A stretch of 42,089 nucleotides of DNA. Origin: Thermoplasmatota archaeon. GTDB taxonomy: Archaea > Thermoplasmatota > Penumbrarchaeia > Penumbrarchaeales > Penumbrarchaeaceae. Numbering within the stretch: the stretch's first letter is position 1; each line of letters starts with the position of its first letter. A program made the position numbers and the translations under genes. This document shows positions 18,201 to 27,343 of the stretch, piece after piece. The notes under the pieces were generated by a model, which was given only the letters and a program-made list of their open reading frames with translations, made no database searches and was not told the DNA's origin. The DNA is taken from the NCBI GenBank assembly GCA_029762535.1, contig JARVGK010000027.1, positions 1-42,089 of the forward strand. The letters run 5' to 3'.

Positions 18201-19479
18201 TGGTCCGATCGTGAACCTGGAGTTCTATCCCTCGGACGGGGACCTCACAAAGATCCGGAACGAGGACTTCACTGTCAACATAACCGTCTCTGACGGTTTG
18301 TTCCCCGCCATCTACAGGGAGTTCGACATCACGGTATGGCCGGACGACGACAATGACAATGACGGGATCCCGGACCGCAGGGAGAAGTTCTTCTTCGATC
18401 GGCTTGTGGCATCGGAGCAGTACAAGGATTTCGACCCGGTCAAGACCTGGAAGAAGTACGAAGGGGATCCGAATCAATATGATAAATGGAAGGAGGAGTA
18501 CAGGGGCTGGTATCACTACAAATCTTACGAACGCTTGACCCCCGAGGTCCGGAGCAACTGGCTTCTGCTCTTCAACAATTCAGCGGATATCGACAGGGAC
18601 GGCTACAGCAATTTCGAGGAGATCGGTATATGGATACCTCTAGATGACAGGGAGAAAAGGACGCCATACTCCTTGAACATGGACACCATGGACCCATTGA
18701 ACCCGGAGGTCAAGCCGGGTGGTGGTGGAAAATGGCCTCCTTTACCTCCAGATATACCGCCTGAAAAACCCCTGGTCCCTCCCTGGGTCCTATACGTAGG
18801 GGGCTCCATACTGCTGTTTTTGGTCCTCATAGGGACCGGCATATTCGTCATCCTGCGCTGGAACAAGAAGAAGGAGGAGGAGGAGGATATCGAGATCGAA
18901 CGCCGCATAAAGGAGACCGAGAAGAGGCAGGAACAGATCAACAAGCTCTACGGTGGAAAGTACAAGGCCGGAGATGCGATCGGACCGGACCAGTCCACCC
19001 TGAGCGATCTCAGGCTCGACCTCGGAGGCAGCGTCTATCACGAGGAGGGATCCAGCGGGATCGTGGACGAGTCCGGAAAGAAGAAGCAAAGGGACGGTCC
19101 GAATTGGGAATCCACCGTGAGCGGAGGCCCACTATTCGAGAAGACCGACGCCAAATTGGAGTTCGGGGAATCCCTGCAGCTCGAGGCCATAGGGATCGAG
19201 GCCGATATTGGTGAAATGGACCACTCCTCCATAGACGAGGAGGGGCTTTCGAGCTCCATGGACGAGATATTGAACGCGGCGGAGAAATATGATCCATCCA
19301 AGGTAACCTCCACCGACAGGGTTCAGATCGGGGCGATGACCATGGAGCAGAAGAGGCAGATGGAGAACTCCGATGGAGGACCCAGGCTGCCTCCGCCCGG
19401 ACAGGAGCCTCCGAAGGAAGGACCTGCCACCGGCCCCCCGCCCCCTCCGAGACCAACCCCCCCGAAAAAGGAAGAATGA
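15253..19479 (+). CDS. Large cell-surface protein: Asp-box (BNR/sialidase-like) beta-propeller, FN3, cadherin/Ig-like repeats, Ca-binding DxDxDG motifs, C-terminal TM and acidic/Pro-rich cytoplasmic tail
   Basis: Signal peptide; Asp-boxes RSSDGGETF, ISSNGGDSW, YSTNSGSTW, RSTDNGATF, TSVDGVNW; NEPP/NDVP/NDAP linkers; DNDNDGIPD, DIDRDGYSN; TM VLYVGGSILLFLVLIGTGIFVIL. Confidence 0.8.
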   Translation: MKSDAGTRSMALLMLLMMISLPLFALVNVTGTISYEMNKQLTATNYEEKLPEIRATGTGEDAKVFVIYEDYTTFNMPSIKFKRSSDGGETFPDTYDFMQSPNDGDKQLWPSMDNEGDTIVVVYLDNRWRTIPLLTAEMLVMASISSNGGDSWTTYKVTPETLSDYPSTTMRQLHVDIDTNGNIFVVWSEKGRIRLSYSTNSGSTWSIPQDVKENVVPPDGQPLYDQFMPSVASNGDYVVVCWEANPDWKTYVYHSRASVQSGGSLAFSTPQILPDLGKYPYSSSYRPMIRDGPGKYFHVLWWDFITSQTANVGGDPWTRDRASVLYSRSTDNGATFSIGGKKGAIVNSSTPDGWHSAGNLAIVPNGNVVVTWVDYTQGKPAVYASTSVDGVNWSPQDRVTNFQASTTVFFEDPRIACDDSGNVHLAWIQRSQGSASQGDIYYSRSVIPNDPPASVENLQVYLDNNNPESKAFASWELNREPDFKEYRIYLGTEPGFILGTPIYNTSVQDYQQHEMKALAANTNYYLKIMVVDSGDLSTLSPEVHFKTFPINEPPRFTREIPTIYMDEDSSFEEAMNFTKWRQEGWIWDDDYNGHVGLQFEITALSPTPNVTALIREYGLNVTYQVLDLYTNKQNWFGTERFLLKVMDSGKDGSFGTPDDRFSIANLTVRVNSTNDVPTWVNFEDLSSGRTIPLLSNQTKLDLRETDVTAIEGQLYRFALRGDDVDGDFLEFTCSDPRVLVEPDRLDPRLKSTFRFTPMNEDVPEVTLFLTMFDRPLAQRDGTEGKRNLTMIIPIMNVNDAPFFISIDEKPFVPGTVVRFEMLEESTLEFNVTGDDPDTGDELRLLSDLEDRVVITRTNASEWSWRARIDSTNDDPVLGYIAFHLILQDKQRSDLVMARINITVINTPDPPEWMRPAYDYFFVYDEKDRFEFGGDIKPGGGVIRAEWGETVRFEAYAFDSDYDVLNYTWTFTNKINTSLVYVKYGPIVNLEFYPSDGDLTKIRNEDFTVNITVSDGLFPAIYREFDITVWPDDDNDNDGIPDRREKFFFDRLVASEQYKDFDPVKTWKKYEGDPNQYDKWKEEYRGWYHYKSYERLTPEVRSNWLLLFNNSADIDRDGYSNFEEIGIWIPLDDREKRTPYSLNMDTMDPLNPEVKPGGGGKWPPLPPDIPPEKPLVPPWVLYVGGSILLFLVLIGTGIFVILRWNKKKEEEEDIEIERRIKETEKRQEQINKLYGGKYKAGDAIGPDQSTLSDLRLDLGGSVYHEEGSSGIVDESGKKKQRDGPNWESTVSGGPLFEKTDAKLEFGESLQLEAIGIEADIGEMDHSSIDEEGLSSSMDEILNAAEKYDPSKVTSTDRVQIGAMTMEQKRQMENSDGGPRLPPPGQEPPKEGPATGPPPPPRPTPPKKEE

Positions 19480-19497
19480 CGATACGGGAGTGATCCC

Positions 19498-20577
19498 TTG
19501 GAGGGTTACATCCTATTCAGGGACGGGACCCTCATCAGGGGATATGCGATGGGCCAGCCAGGGCTGCGCATCGGCAGGACCGTCAGGTTCAGCGGAGGAG
19601 TGGACCCTCATTTCCTCGCAACCGACCCTCAGCAAAGGAACCTGATCATCGCGACCGACAGCCCCGAGCTTGGATCGTTGGGGGCAAGGCCTCTTGTGGA
19701 CCAATCGGCCTCTGTCCAGGCCGTGTCGGTCCTGTGCAGGGACATGGTGGACTTCCCCAGCTACAGGACGAGCTACAGGAACATATCCCATCTGTACTCC
19801 AGGGACGGCGGGTTCATGGTATCCTCCCTTAATATGTCCAAGATACTGAAGAGGGCTAGTGAGGGGGAGGACGCCGCCATTATGGCATTTGCAGGTAAGT
19901 CCGCCGGACCTTCGGCCCTGGAGTCAATGGCCCGATCACTAAAGGAATACCGGCATCAGGACCGATGGGACCCCTCTGCTGGAGCGAGAAGGACCGTTGA
20001 GTTCAAGGACCCTGAAAAGGACGTTGAGTTACTGGTCCTCGATCTCGGGATACGCTCCGGTATGCTGAGGGCACTGAGGTCCCTGTGCAACGTGACCTTT
20101 ATACCTCCGAACCTCACGAACGCACAACGATCTGACAGGAGGTTCGATGCGGCTCTCATATCCAGCGGGCCCGGGTCGATCCCGTCGGAGGAGTTGGTCG
20201 AGATCGTCAGGGCATTCTACAGGTCCACGGGATCGGCCCCGCTCCTCGCGATGGGAATGGGTGCGCTCGCCCTATGCACCGTTCTAGGGAGCGAGCCAAA
20301 ACCCCTCAAGGCCCCTCATCGCTCGATGACCAGGAACGTGATGTTGGGAGAAATATCACTTCCGACATATCAATCGCACGACCACCATCCAGGAGACATC
20401 GAGGATCTCGAGGCATCATTCTTCGGCAATGACGGAACGCCGGAGGTATTGAGCGGGTTCGATGTGAAGGGAAGGAGCGTCACATTGAGCATGGCTGATA
20501 CGCTGCCGGAATTCGGGACCCTTGAAGGGGATCCCCTGATAGAGCTTTTAAGGACGGCCGGGGAGGATGTGACATGA
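19498..20577 (+). CDS. Divergent carbamoyl-phosphate synthase small-subunit (CarA) homolog lacking the catalytic Cys and His
   Basis: Colinear with CarA (ILFRDGT..G..G, TDP, P.LG..G, LDLGIRSGML, ISSGPG, TYQSH, NDGT), but GICLGHQ reads AMGMGAL and QxHPE reads DTLPE; TTG start preceded by GGAGTGA. Confidence 0.75.
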   Translation: MEGYILFRDGTLIRGYAMGQPGLRIGRTVRFSGGVDPHFLATDPQQRNLIIATDSPELGSLGARPLVDQSASVQAVSVLCRDMVDFPSYRTSYRNISHLYSRDGGFMVSSLNMSKILKRASEGEDAAIMAFAGKSAGPSALESMARSLKEYRHQDRWDPSAGARRTVEFKDPEKDVELLVLDLGIRSGMLRALRSLCNVTFIPPNLTNAQRSDRRFDAALISSGPGSIPSEELVEIVRAFYRSTGSAPLLAMGMGALALCTVLGSEPKPLKAPHRSMTRNVMLGEISLPTYQSHDHHPGDIEDLEASFFGNDGTPEVLSGFDVKGRSVTLSMADTLPEFGTLEGDPLIELLRTAGEDVT

Positions 20578-21899
20578 AGGAGCTCCGCCCGGATGCAACG
20601 GACGGCCCCACGCCATGGCGGGTCGTTCGATTCGCGGATATCCAGACGGAGGTAATGGAGGTGATCCGTATAGGATGCGGTGTGGCCGAGGTCGCAGAGG
20701 ACCCGGCATCCGATCTCAAATTCATCCTCATCCATCCCGTGAACGCATCGACCCTCTTTCCCGAACTGAGGGCCGACGACAAATTGTATATCAGGACCCT
20801 GCCTAAAGCTGGCCGAGAGCTGTGTTCGATATTTATCAAATGCGGCTCTGCGGAATACATCGGATCGATCGAGATGCTTGAAAGCCCCCCTTCATCATGG
20901 ATCCTGGGCCGCAAGGTCCGACCGTTCGGCGAAGGGGAAGCGTTCTGCTCCCCTCCAATGACGCTGCCGCTGGAGATGCAGCGGAAACTGCTCCTATCAT
21001 CCCTGTCCGATGTGAAGCAGAGGCCGGACGGTCTCCATTCCTACAGATGGCTGTGCGAGGCGTCTGTAGGCGCTGCGACGGTGGAATATATCGGCTCCGG
21101 GCAGAACCCGTATTCCGAAGCTCTGTCCTTCATGGTCGGCCGGGACCTAAACACAACTGCATCGGAATTCTTTGACATCCAGGAGGTCCCGATGTTCGAT
21201 ATGCCGCTTACCGAATCGCTTAGGTCCTTCTTCGCCGGGACATCAGGCGTCGGGGACCATCCGGGACATCTTCTGGGAGCCAGGTCCGTGGAGCTCGCTT
21301 TGTCCATGCTCCTTCAGGCCTCCGATGCGGATAACCACCCCTCCCTGGTAAGGTTGAAATCCATTTGTGGGTCCTTGGTCGATGACGTTTCACTATTCAA
21401 CCTCATAGACAGGAGGGAGATGGACCCGTTCTATTTGCAGAAGCTTTTCAAGCTGAACAAGGCCAGGCAGAGGACCGACATGGCCCCCACCTCCTCGGCC
21501 TTCCTGGACAGCCGCACGGTCAACCTGATAGCCTCCTCGAGGCGCAGAGGGCTGACCCGCGAGGAGATATGCCTAATGACGGGAATGGACTTCGATGCGC
21601 TGGCGAAGACGGAGGAGACCTTCGGGATCGTGCCGGGGATCGAGCCGGCCATCGAAGGATGCCATGATGGCATGCCCCCTCTGGTCCTATCATGGCCGGA
21701 GCCTTCCCATGTCTTCGGGGAGGGACAAAAGGATGGCGACACAGGCTCTGAGGACCGGATCCAGGTAACGGATGTGATCCCGGGATGGTCCGATGTGTGT
21801 GACGGAGGAAGGCCACTCTTCGCAGTGCTCGGAGAGGATGTCTTCGATAAACTGAAGGTCAGATATCCCGGGCTAGTCCGAAAAAACACCGCAAAATAA
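20574..21899 (+). CDS. Highly degenerate, half-length CarB (CPSase large subunit)-derived protein
   Basis: KFILIHPVNASTLFPELRADDKLYI resembles the CarB N-terminus; MDPFYLQKL..SRRRGLTREEICLMTG..FGIVPG resembles the oligomerisation domain; ATGA overlap with the CarA homolog. Confidence 0.6.
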   Translation: MKELRPDATDGPTPWRVVRFADIQTEVMEVIRIGCGVAEVAEDPASDLKFILIHPVNASTLFPELRADDKLYIRTLPKAGRELCSIFIKCGSAEYIGSIEMLESPPSSWILGRKVRPFGEGEAFCSPPMTLPLEMQRKLLLSSLSDVKQRPDGLHSYRWLCEASVGAATVEYIGSGQNPYSEALSFMVGRDLNTTASEFFDIQEVPMFDMPLTESLRSFFAGTSGVGDHPGHLLGARSVELALSMLLQASDADNHPSLVRLKSICGSLVDDVSLFNLIDRREMDPFYLQKLFKLNKARQRTDMAPTSSAFLDSRTVNLIASSRRRGLTREEICLMTGMDFDALAKTEETFGIVPGIEPAIEGCHDGMPPLVLSWPEPSHVFGEGQKDGDTGSEDRIQVTDVIPGWSDVCDGGRPLFAVLGEDVFDKLKVRYPGLVRKNTAK

Positions 21900-21927
21900 T
21901 TCTCATTTGATGCCCCATGCCCCCCCT

Positions 21928-22500
21928 ATGGATATCGTCGTCGCAATGACAGGCGCGTCCGGCGCGGGCTACGCCCTGGCCCTTCTCGGAGAGCTCGAGG
22001 GTGAAGAGAGCATCAAGGTCACATTGATCGTCAATTCAACAGCCTTGAGTATAGCTAGCAGGGAATGCGGTGTCGGACCACAAGTATTGAGGAGAATGGT
22101 CTCCGAGATGGTGGATGCCGAGGAAATGGACCATCCCCTGGCTTCCGGATCCAACCGATTCGACGCCCTGGTGGTATGCCCCTGCACCACATCGACGGCC
22201 TCCAAGATAGCATCAGGCATAGCCGACAATCTGGCGACGAGGGCGGCGGCGGTAGCGCTCAAGGAGCGAAGGAGGCTCGTCCTGGTTGTGAGGGAAACCC
22301 CACTCTCGACCCCGGTCCTGAAGAACCTGCACGAACTTTCTACCTGGGGGGCGGTCATACTTCCGGCAAGCCCCCCTTTCTATTCGGGGCCCTCCAGTAT
22401 CGACGACATCTACAGGTCCATCGCGGGCAGGGTCCTCGACATCATCGGGATCGAGAACGAGCTGGTCCCGAGGTACGTTCCCCTAAGGACGGAAGGATGA
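21928..22500 (+). CDS. ubiX: Flavin prenyltransferase UbiX
   Basis: VAMTGASG, LASGS, PCTTST, GIADNL..RAA.VALKERRRLVLVVRETP, PASPPFY; start could be 21907-21928. Confidence 0.93.
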   Translation: MDIVVAMTGASGAGYALALLGELEGEESIKVTLIVNSTALSIASRECGVGPQVLRRMVSEMVDAEEMDHPLASGSNRFDALVVCPCTTSTASKIASGIADNLATRAAAVALKERRRLVLVVRETPLSTPVLKNLHELSTWGAVILPASPPFYSGPSSIDDIYRSIAGRVLDIIGIENELVPRYVPLRTEG

Positions 22501-23270
22501 CCATGTTAAGAAAGAGCTTCATCTTCATTCCCGGTATCGGCTACAGGACTGAGAGGGAGCTGTGGAAGAACGACATAATCACCTGGGACGATTTTCTAAA
22601 GAGGGATAGGGCCCCGATGATCAGCAAGGATAAGAAATGCAGATGCGATTCGATCCTCACCGAGGCCAGTAACAGGCTGGGCTCCGGAGACCTCGGATAT
22701 TTCTCCAGATTGTTCAAGCAGGGAGAATCCTGGAGGCTGTTCTCGACATTCGGTTCGCGGGCGCGTTACCTGGATATAGAGACGACCGGGACACGGAGGG
22801 ACTCCCCTATAACGGTCGTAGGCGTCTGGGACGGGGTTAGATACGATGCCGCGGTGAGAGGTTTCAATCTTTCGACCGAGAAGATAAGGGATATGCTCCA
22901 GGGCGCCAACCTTATCGTAACTTTCAACGGCTCCACGTTCGATCTCCCCCTGCTGAGGCATCAGTTCCCGGGATCCGTCCCGGAGATCCCACATATGGAC
23001 CTTAGGTTCGTGGCCCTGAAATCCGGTTTCAGAGGAGGCCTCAAGGACCTGGAGTTGAATTTCGGGATAAGAAGACCGAGGGAGGTCCAGGGCATGTCCG
23101 GGGAGGATGCGGTGAGGCTGTGGAACATATACGAGAAGGACCACAACCATCAGGCCCTAAAGCTCATATTGAAGTACAACAGGGAGGACATCGTCAATCT
23201 GAAGACCATCTCCCACGAGATCGTCGAAACGCTTACCAACCGGGTCATGCACAGAGGTGTGTCGCAATGA
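22497..23270 (+). CDS. YprB-like RNase H-fold (DEDD) 3'-5' exonuclease
   Basis: SFIFIPGIGYRTE, YLDIETTG, TFNGSTFDLP, HMDL, GGLKDLE, YNREDI; ATGA overlap with ubiX. Confidence 0.85.
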   Translation: MTMLRKSFIFIPGIGYRTERELWKNDIITWDDFLKRDRAPMISKDKKCRCDSILTEASNRLGSGDLGYFSRLFKQGESWRLFSTFGSRARYLDIETTGTRRDSPITVVGVWDGVRYDAAVRGFNLSTEKIRDMLQGANLIVTFNGSTFDLPLLRHQFPGSVPEIPHMDLRFVALKSGFRGGLKDLELNFGIRRPREVQGMSGEDAVRLWNIYEKDHNHQALKLILKYNREDIVNLKTISHEIVETLTNRVMHRGVSQ

Positions 23271-24025
23271 GATCGGCTACCATTCCAGTGATGCTCGCAG
23301 CCGCCGTTTTGGCCCTGGTCCTATCCCTCGGGATGGGGGGGGCCAGCACGCAGGACCCCCCATCGCCCAGCGTGGATTCCGTGGCCGCATCCCAGTCCAA
23401 CACGTCCGGTATATACCGGTTCAACCTCTTCATCAACGGGAGCACCGAGGGCCTGGCCGAGAAGGTCAATCTCACATTGCTTGTGATGAACGATACGGGC
23501 TCCTTCGACGGTCCTTGGATCGACCCTATAAATGCCATTTTCCTTGGGAACGGCATATCACTTCGCGGGGTGGGTCCGAACGATGACGAGTGGTCCTCAT
23601 GGGCGTTCCGGCTTGCGATAACCTACCCCCTCGGGAGCGATCCGAGCATAATAACCAACCTGTTCTCGTCGGTTCTTGGGTTGGACCTGTCCGATATCGG
23701 GGATATCGATCCAGACGACATTCCCCAGAACGCGACCCCTCCCGAGGACCTGCGCATATTGGTGAAGGTAAGGGCGTACAACGAGACGGGAGGATATGGC
23801 GAGACCGTGCAGGATATCACCGACCAGCTCCTCATGGCCTTCGACATCCCCACTGGAGATGGAGAGGAGGAAGGGCCAGAACCCGCCCAGGAAAAGAGGG
23901 ACCCCCTCCCGTTCATAGTTCTCGGGATCGGTATTTTACTGGTGTTGATAGCCCTGGCCTTCTGGGCGTACAGGTTTTTCGGAAGGGAGGGAGAAGGTAT
24001 GGGTTACAAACATGAAAGATATTAA
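23267..24025 (+). CDS. Hypothetical exported protein with C-terminal membrane anchor
   Basis: ATGA overlap with the exonuclease; N-terminal signal peptide; C-terminal TM FIVLGIGILLVLIALAFWAY. Confidence 0.7.
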   Translation: MRSATIPVMLAAAVLALVLSLGMGGASTQDPPSPSVDSVAASQSNTSGIYRFNLFINGSTEGLAEKVNLTLLVMNDTGSFDGPWIDPINAIFLGNGISLRGVGPNDDEWSSWAFRLAITYPLGSDPSIITNLFSSVLGLDLSDIGDIDPDDIPQNATPPEDLRILVKVRAYNETGGYGETVQDITDQLLMAFDIPTGDGEEEGPEPAQEKRDPLPFIVLGIGILLVLIALAFWAYRFFGREGEGMGYKHERY

Positions 24026-24059
24026 TATTCCAAAACAGTTGTGAGACCGGGGAACGCAG

Positions 24060-26225
24060 TTGTCGCTAAGGGCCTTTCACCGGGGTTGTGTGACGATCCT
24101 CGCGCTCTTTTTTCTGATCGTACCTGTATTGTCGGCAGGGTTCACGAACGCTCAGGGCCCCTACGACCATCTGGAGACATCGGTCATATGGGGCAGGGTG
24201 CTCGATACGTCAGGCAAGCCCTGCGCGAACTTCGAGGTATCCCTGGAGGCCGACCTTTTCATCGGCAAGAAAGTGTTGACCGATGAGAATGGATGGTACA
24301 GCGTTAACCTATCGTCCGGGACGTATACGGTCCGGGTCCACTGCGATCTCAAACAGGAGCTGGGAAGGACGGAAGTGTCCCTCGGCGAGGGAGAGACCAA
24401 GCGTATAGATTTCAAGGTCGATCCAAGGGATCCCCCAAAATCCCGCCTCTACGGGGTCATCCTGGACCGTTGGGGACAACCCGTGGAGAAGGCGCGGATC
24501 ACCCTGATGAGAGGAGAGCCGTACACTGTCAACACCACCCGTTCCGATAAGGAGGGCCATTATTCTCTTTTCGTCCCTTCCGGGACGTACAATCTTACGG
24601 TACTCTTCAAGGATAACGAGGAGTTGAACCGGACGATCTCTCTGCAATGGCAGGAGGAGAGGGAGTTCAACATATCCATAGAGTCCACAGGAGAGAGGAT
24701 CAGATTCGATCTCCTTAAGATAGCTGGCTTCCTGGAGGAGAATTGGATATACATCCTGTTCATGCTGATATCGGTCCTGGTCCTATTCGGACTCTATGAG
24801 GGTTCGATCATCTCCGTGAGGTCCCTGCGCAGGAGGAGGATACCATTGATCGAGGACGCATGGTACGATCATCTTCTGCTGCTTCTCAAGCGTTCATTCG
24901 TGGTCCTTATCCTCACAGCGATATTATGGCAGATCTCCAACATGTCCGAATGGATAGAGAACGTCGTTTGGGGCCCGGGGCTGAGGGTCGCCCTTCACGC
25001 GATAGGCGTGTTCCTCGTAATGTTCCTCATGAGGATATCCCTGAGGGTCAACGACATATTCTGGGAAAGGCTGCGAGAGAGGCTCGAGAAGAAGGATAAG
25101 CCATCGTTCTTCCTGAGGGTGTTCACAATGGTGACATTGATCACCCGCTACTCGATCCTCGCGATGTGGTTCGGGGTGATAGTACTACTGGTGCTGTCGG
25201 CCCTTGGACTCGGGGAGAGCATGGCCGATGCGGCACTGGGCTTCCTCAGCGATAACATTGCCCAGCTGTCGTTCCTGGGCATTCTGGTCGTGGCGGGTTT
25301 CATTCTCAAGAAGTTCATCGACATAGCCTTCAAGGAGCTGGAAGCGCGGACCACCAGGCTCAGCCCTGCCATGGTAAGGATGACCCACAAAGGCATACTG
25401 ACGGGCATATATGCCATCCTGGGAATGATATTCGTCTTCACTCTCCTGTCCATGGCGGGCCTGGGCGATGTAGGAACTACGTTCATACTGGTCATTTCCA
25501 TGATAATCGGCCTCGTCGTATCGTTCGCGGCCACCGGTTCCATAGGGAACATGCTCTCCGGCCTTGTCATTATGTCCATGAAACCTTTCGACACGGGGGA
25601 CAGGGTGAACATAGGAGAGCGGACACTGGGAGATATCGTCTATATGGGCCTGATGTTCACAAGGGTCAGGGACCTCGAAGGCCGCCTCATAGAGATCCCC
25701 AACAACAATGTTCTGGCCAACAACATCACGAATTTTTCGAGAACCGCATCAGAGGGGAGTTACGCGGTCTTCGTTGACGTCACCCTCGGATACGAAATAC
25801 ATCCGAAAAGGGCAAAGACGCTCATGAAACACGCGGCCATGGCGACATCCGGCGTCCTTGACGATCCACCCCCCCATGTGCTTTTGAGGGCCTTCCACGA
25901 TCATGCGGTGGAGTACCGCCTTAGAGCATTCATAAATGAGCCCCATCGAATGCTCTTCATCCGATCCTCAGTGATGGAGAACATGCTGGACATGTTCCAT
26001 CAGAACGGCCTGGAGATATTGAGCCCCCTGTACCATGTCAAGAGGGAAGGGAGGGACCCCACTCATGAACAGTTAGAGGCAAGGACACAATGGACGAGGG
26101 AACAGGGCGATTCATCCGCCCAAACGCTGTCCATGTTCGATGGCCTTGAGAACGGATCCTACGTAGAGCAGGCACCCGCTCCAGACGTAGGGGGTCATAG
26201 TGGATCGGGCGATCTCGGAGTTTGA
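24060..26225 (+). CDS. MscS-family mechanosensitive channel with two N-terminal carboxypeptidase-regulatory-like (Ig/transthyretin-like) domains
   Basis: IGNMLSGLVIMSMKPFDTGDRV, TRVRDLEGRLIEIPNN, NITNFSR; N-terminal GRVLD..TDENGWYS and GVILD..SDKEGHYS repeats. Confidence 0.85.
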   Translation: MSLRAFHRGCVTILALFFLIVPVLSAGFTNAQGPYDHLETSVIWGRVLDTSGKPCANFEVSLEADLFIGKKVLTDENGWYSVNLSSGTYTVRVHCDLKQELGRTEVSLGEGETKRIDFKVDPRDPPKSRLYGVILDRWGQPVEKARITLMRGEPYTVNTTRSDKEGHYSLFVPSGTYNLTVLFKDNEELNRTISLQWQEEREFNISIESTGERIRFDLLKIAGFLEENWIYILFMLISVLVLFGLYEGSIISVRSLRRRRIPLIEDAWYDHLLLLLKRSFVVLILTAILWQISNMSEWIENVVWGPGLRVALHAIGVFLVMFLMRISLRVNDIFWERLRERLEKKDKPSFFLRVFTMVTLITRYSILAMWFGVIVLLVLSALGLGESMADAALGFLSDNIAQLSFLGILVVAGFILKKFIDIAFKELEARTTRLSPAMVRMTHKGILTGIYAILGMIFVFTLLSMAGLGDVGTTFILVISMIIGLVVSFAATGSIGNMLSGLVIMSMKPFDTGDRVNIGERTLGDIVYMGLMFTRVRDLEGRLIEIPNNNVLANNITNFSRTASEGSYAVFVDVTLGYEIHPKRAKTLMKHAAMATSGVLDDPPPHVLLRAFHDHAVEYRLRAFINEPHRMLFIRSSVMENMLDMFHQNGLEILSPLYHVKREGRDPTHEQLEARTQWTREQGDSSAQTLSMFDGLENGSYVEQAPAPDVGGHSGSGDLGV

Positions 26226-26227
26226 CA

Positions 26228-27334
26228 TCACTTCAAGTTGATCTCCGAGAGCTTCTCTGGCAGATACGTGTCGGTGACGTAGTCCAGGCCGTACTTGGCA
26301 AGGGCCTGCTGCTCGGATTTCTTCTTGATCTTGAGCTGCAGATTGATCTCCGATCTCCAATGGTCCGAGTCGAACCTGGGGTCCGTGAGCTCGGCCTTGA
26401 GCGCGGAGATGTCCTGGTCTGTAAGCTTGTCAGAGGGCAGATCGTAATTGATTATGTCCGACGGCGTGATCCCGAGATACTGGGCCGAAGGCGTGGCAAG
26501 GTATTCCGATATATGGGCCGTCTTTATTGCCCCGTAAGCGACCGAGGCGAATATGCGATACGACCAGGGGTCCCCGTCCGTGAAGAGGACCACCGGCAGG
26601 TTGGAGTATTCGTAGAGTCTCTTTATGAAGCGCCGGGTGGACCTGGCGGGCTGCCCCTTCAGGTGGACCAGTATTGCCCTGCTCTTCTCATCGAAGCCGT
26701 TCTCCACCAACCTGTCGAACATACCGCCCGTCTCAACGGCGAGGATAAGGTCCGCATCGACGGACTTGAACCTCACCTTCTCCTGCTCGACGTTGTAGGG
26801 TATTCCGTAACCCGAGTCCCCGACATCGTCCTTGCAGTTGATGCGTTTGAGATCCCCCTTGCGGTTCAGTTCCTCGATGGTTATGTTGCCTATGACCCTG
26901 GCCCCGTCCTCCTCGGGCCTGAGCTTGAAATCCTCCCTCATGCATCTGGTTATTATCTCGAGGTCCTCCGCCAGCTTGTTGGAATCATCTTGGGCGGGGA
27001 ACTTTGCCTTGTTCCACCCCTCCGAGATGTAGTACATCTCCCTGAGGGTGGACGATTTCCCGTCCTTGATCATCTCCGTTATGAAATCCACGGTATAGAG
27101 CGACCGGAGTATGCCCGTGGCACCTCCAAGGTCCTTCGCGGAGCGCTGGACCACGTCCTCTCCGTACTTCCATACGTTGTGCTCGTCGGAGAGAACGATG
27201 TTGTTCTTGGTCCTGGATGAAACCTCCAGGGCGGGTATCTCCTCTTTCATCAACTGGTCGTAGACCGATCCGGCGATCTCCCTGAGCCTCTCCATGGCCA
27301 CTTCGTTCCCCTTGAATATCCTTTTTTTCGTCAT
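26228..27334 (-). CDS. top6A: DNA topoisomerase VI subunit A
   Basis: STLREMYY (catalytic Tyr), [31 protein letters not shown]. Confidence 0.97.
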   Translation of the reverse strand: MTKKRIFKGNEVAMERLREIAGSVYDQLMKEEIPALEVSSRTKNNIVLSDEHNVWKYGEDVVQRSAKDLGGATGILRSLYTVDFITEMIKDGKSSTLREMYYISEGWNKAKFPAQDDSNKLAEDLEIITRCMREDFKLRPEEDGARVIGNITIEELNRKGDLKRINCKDDVGDSGYGIPYNVEQEKVRFKSVDADLILAVETGGMFDRLVENGFDEKSRAILVHLKGQPARSTRRFIKRLYEYSNLPVVLFTDGDPWSYRIFASVAYGAIKTAHISEYLATPSAQYLGITPSDIINYDLPSDKLTDQDISALKAELTDPRFDSDHWRSEINLQLKIKKKSEQQALAKYGLDYVTDTYLPEKLSEINLK

Positions 27335-27343
27335 AAGATCACC

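Noticed and set aside
22065-22496. N-terminal extension of the 401-aa ORF
   Set aside because: Overlaps ubiX in another frame; the real start is the ATGA-coupled ATG at 22497
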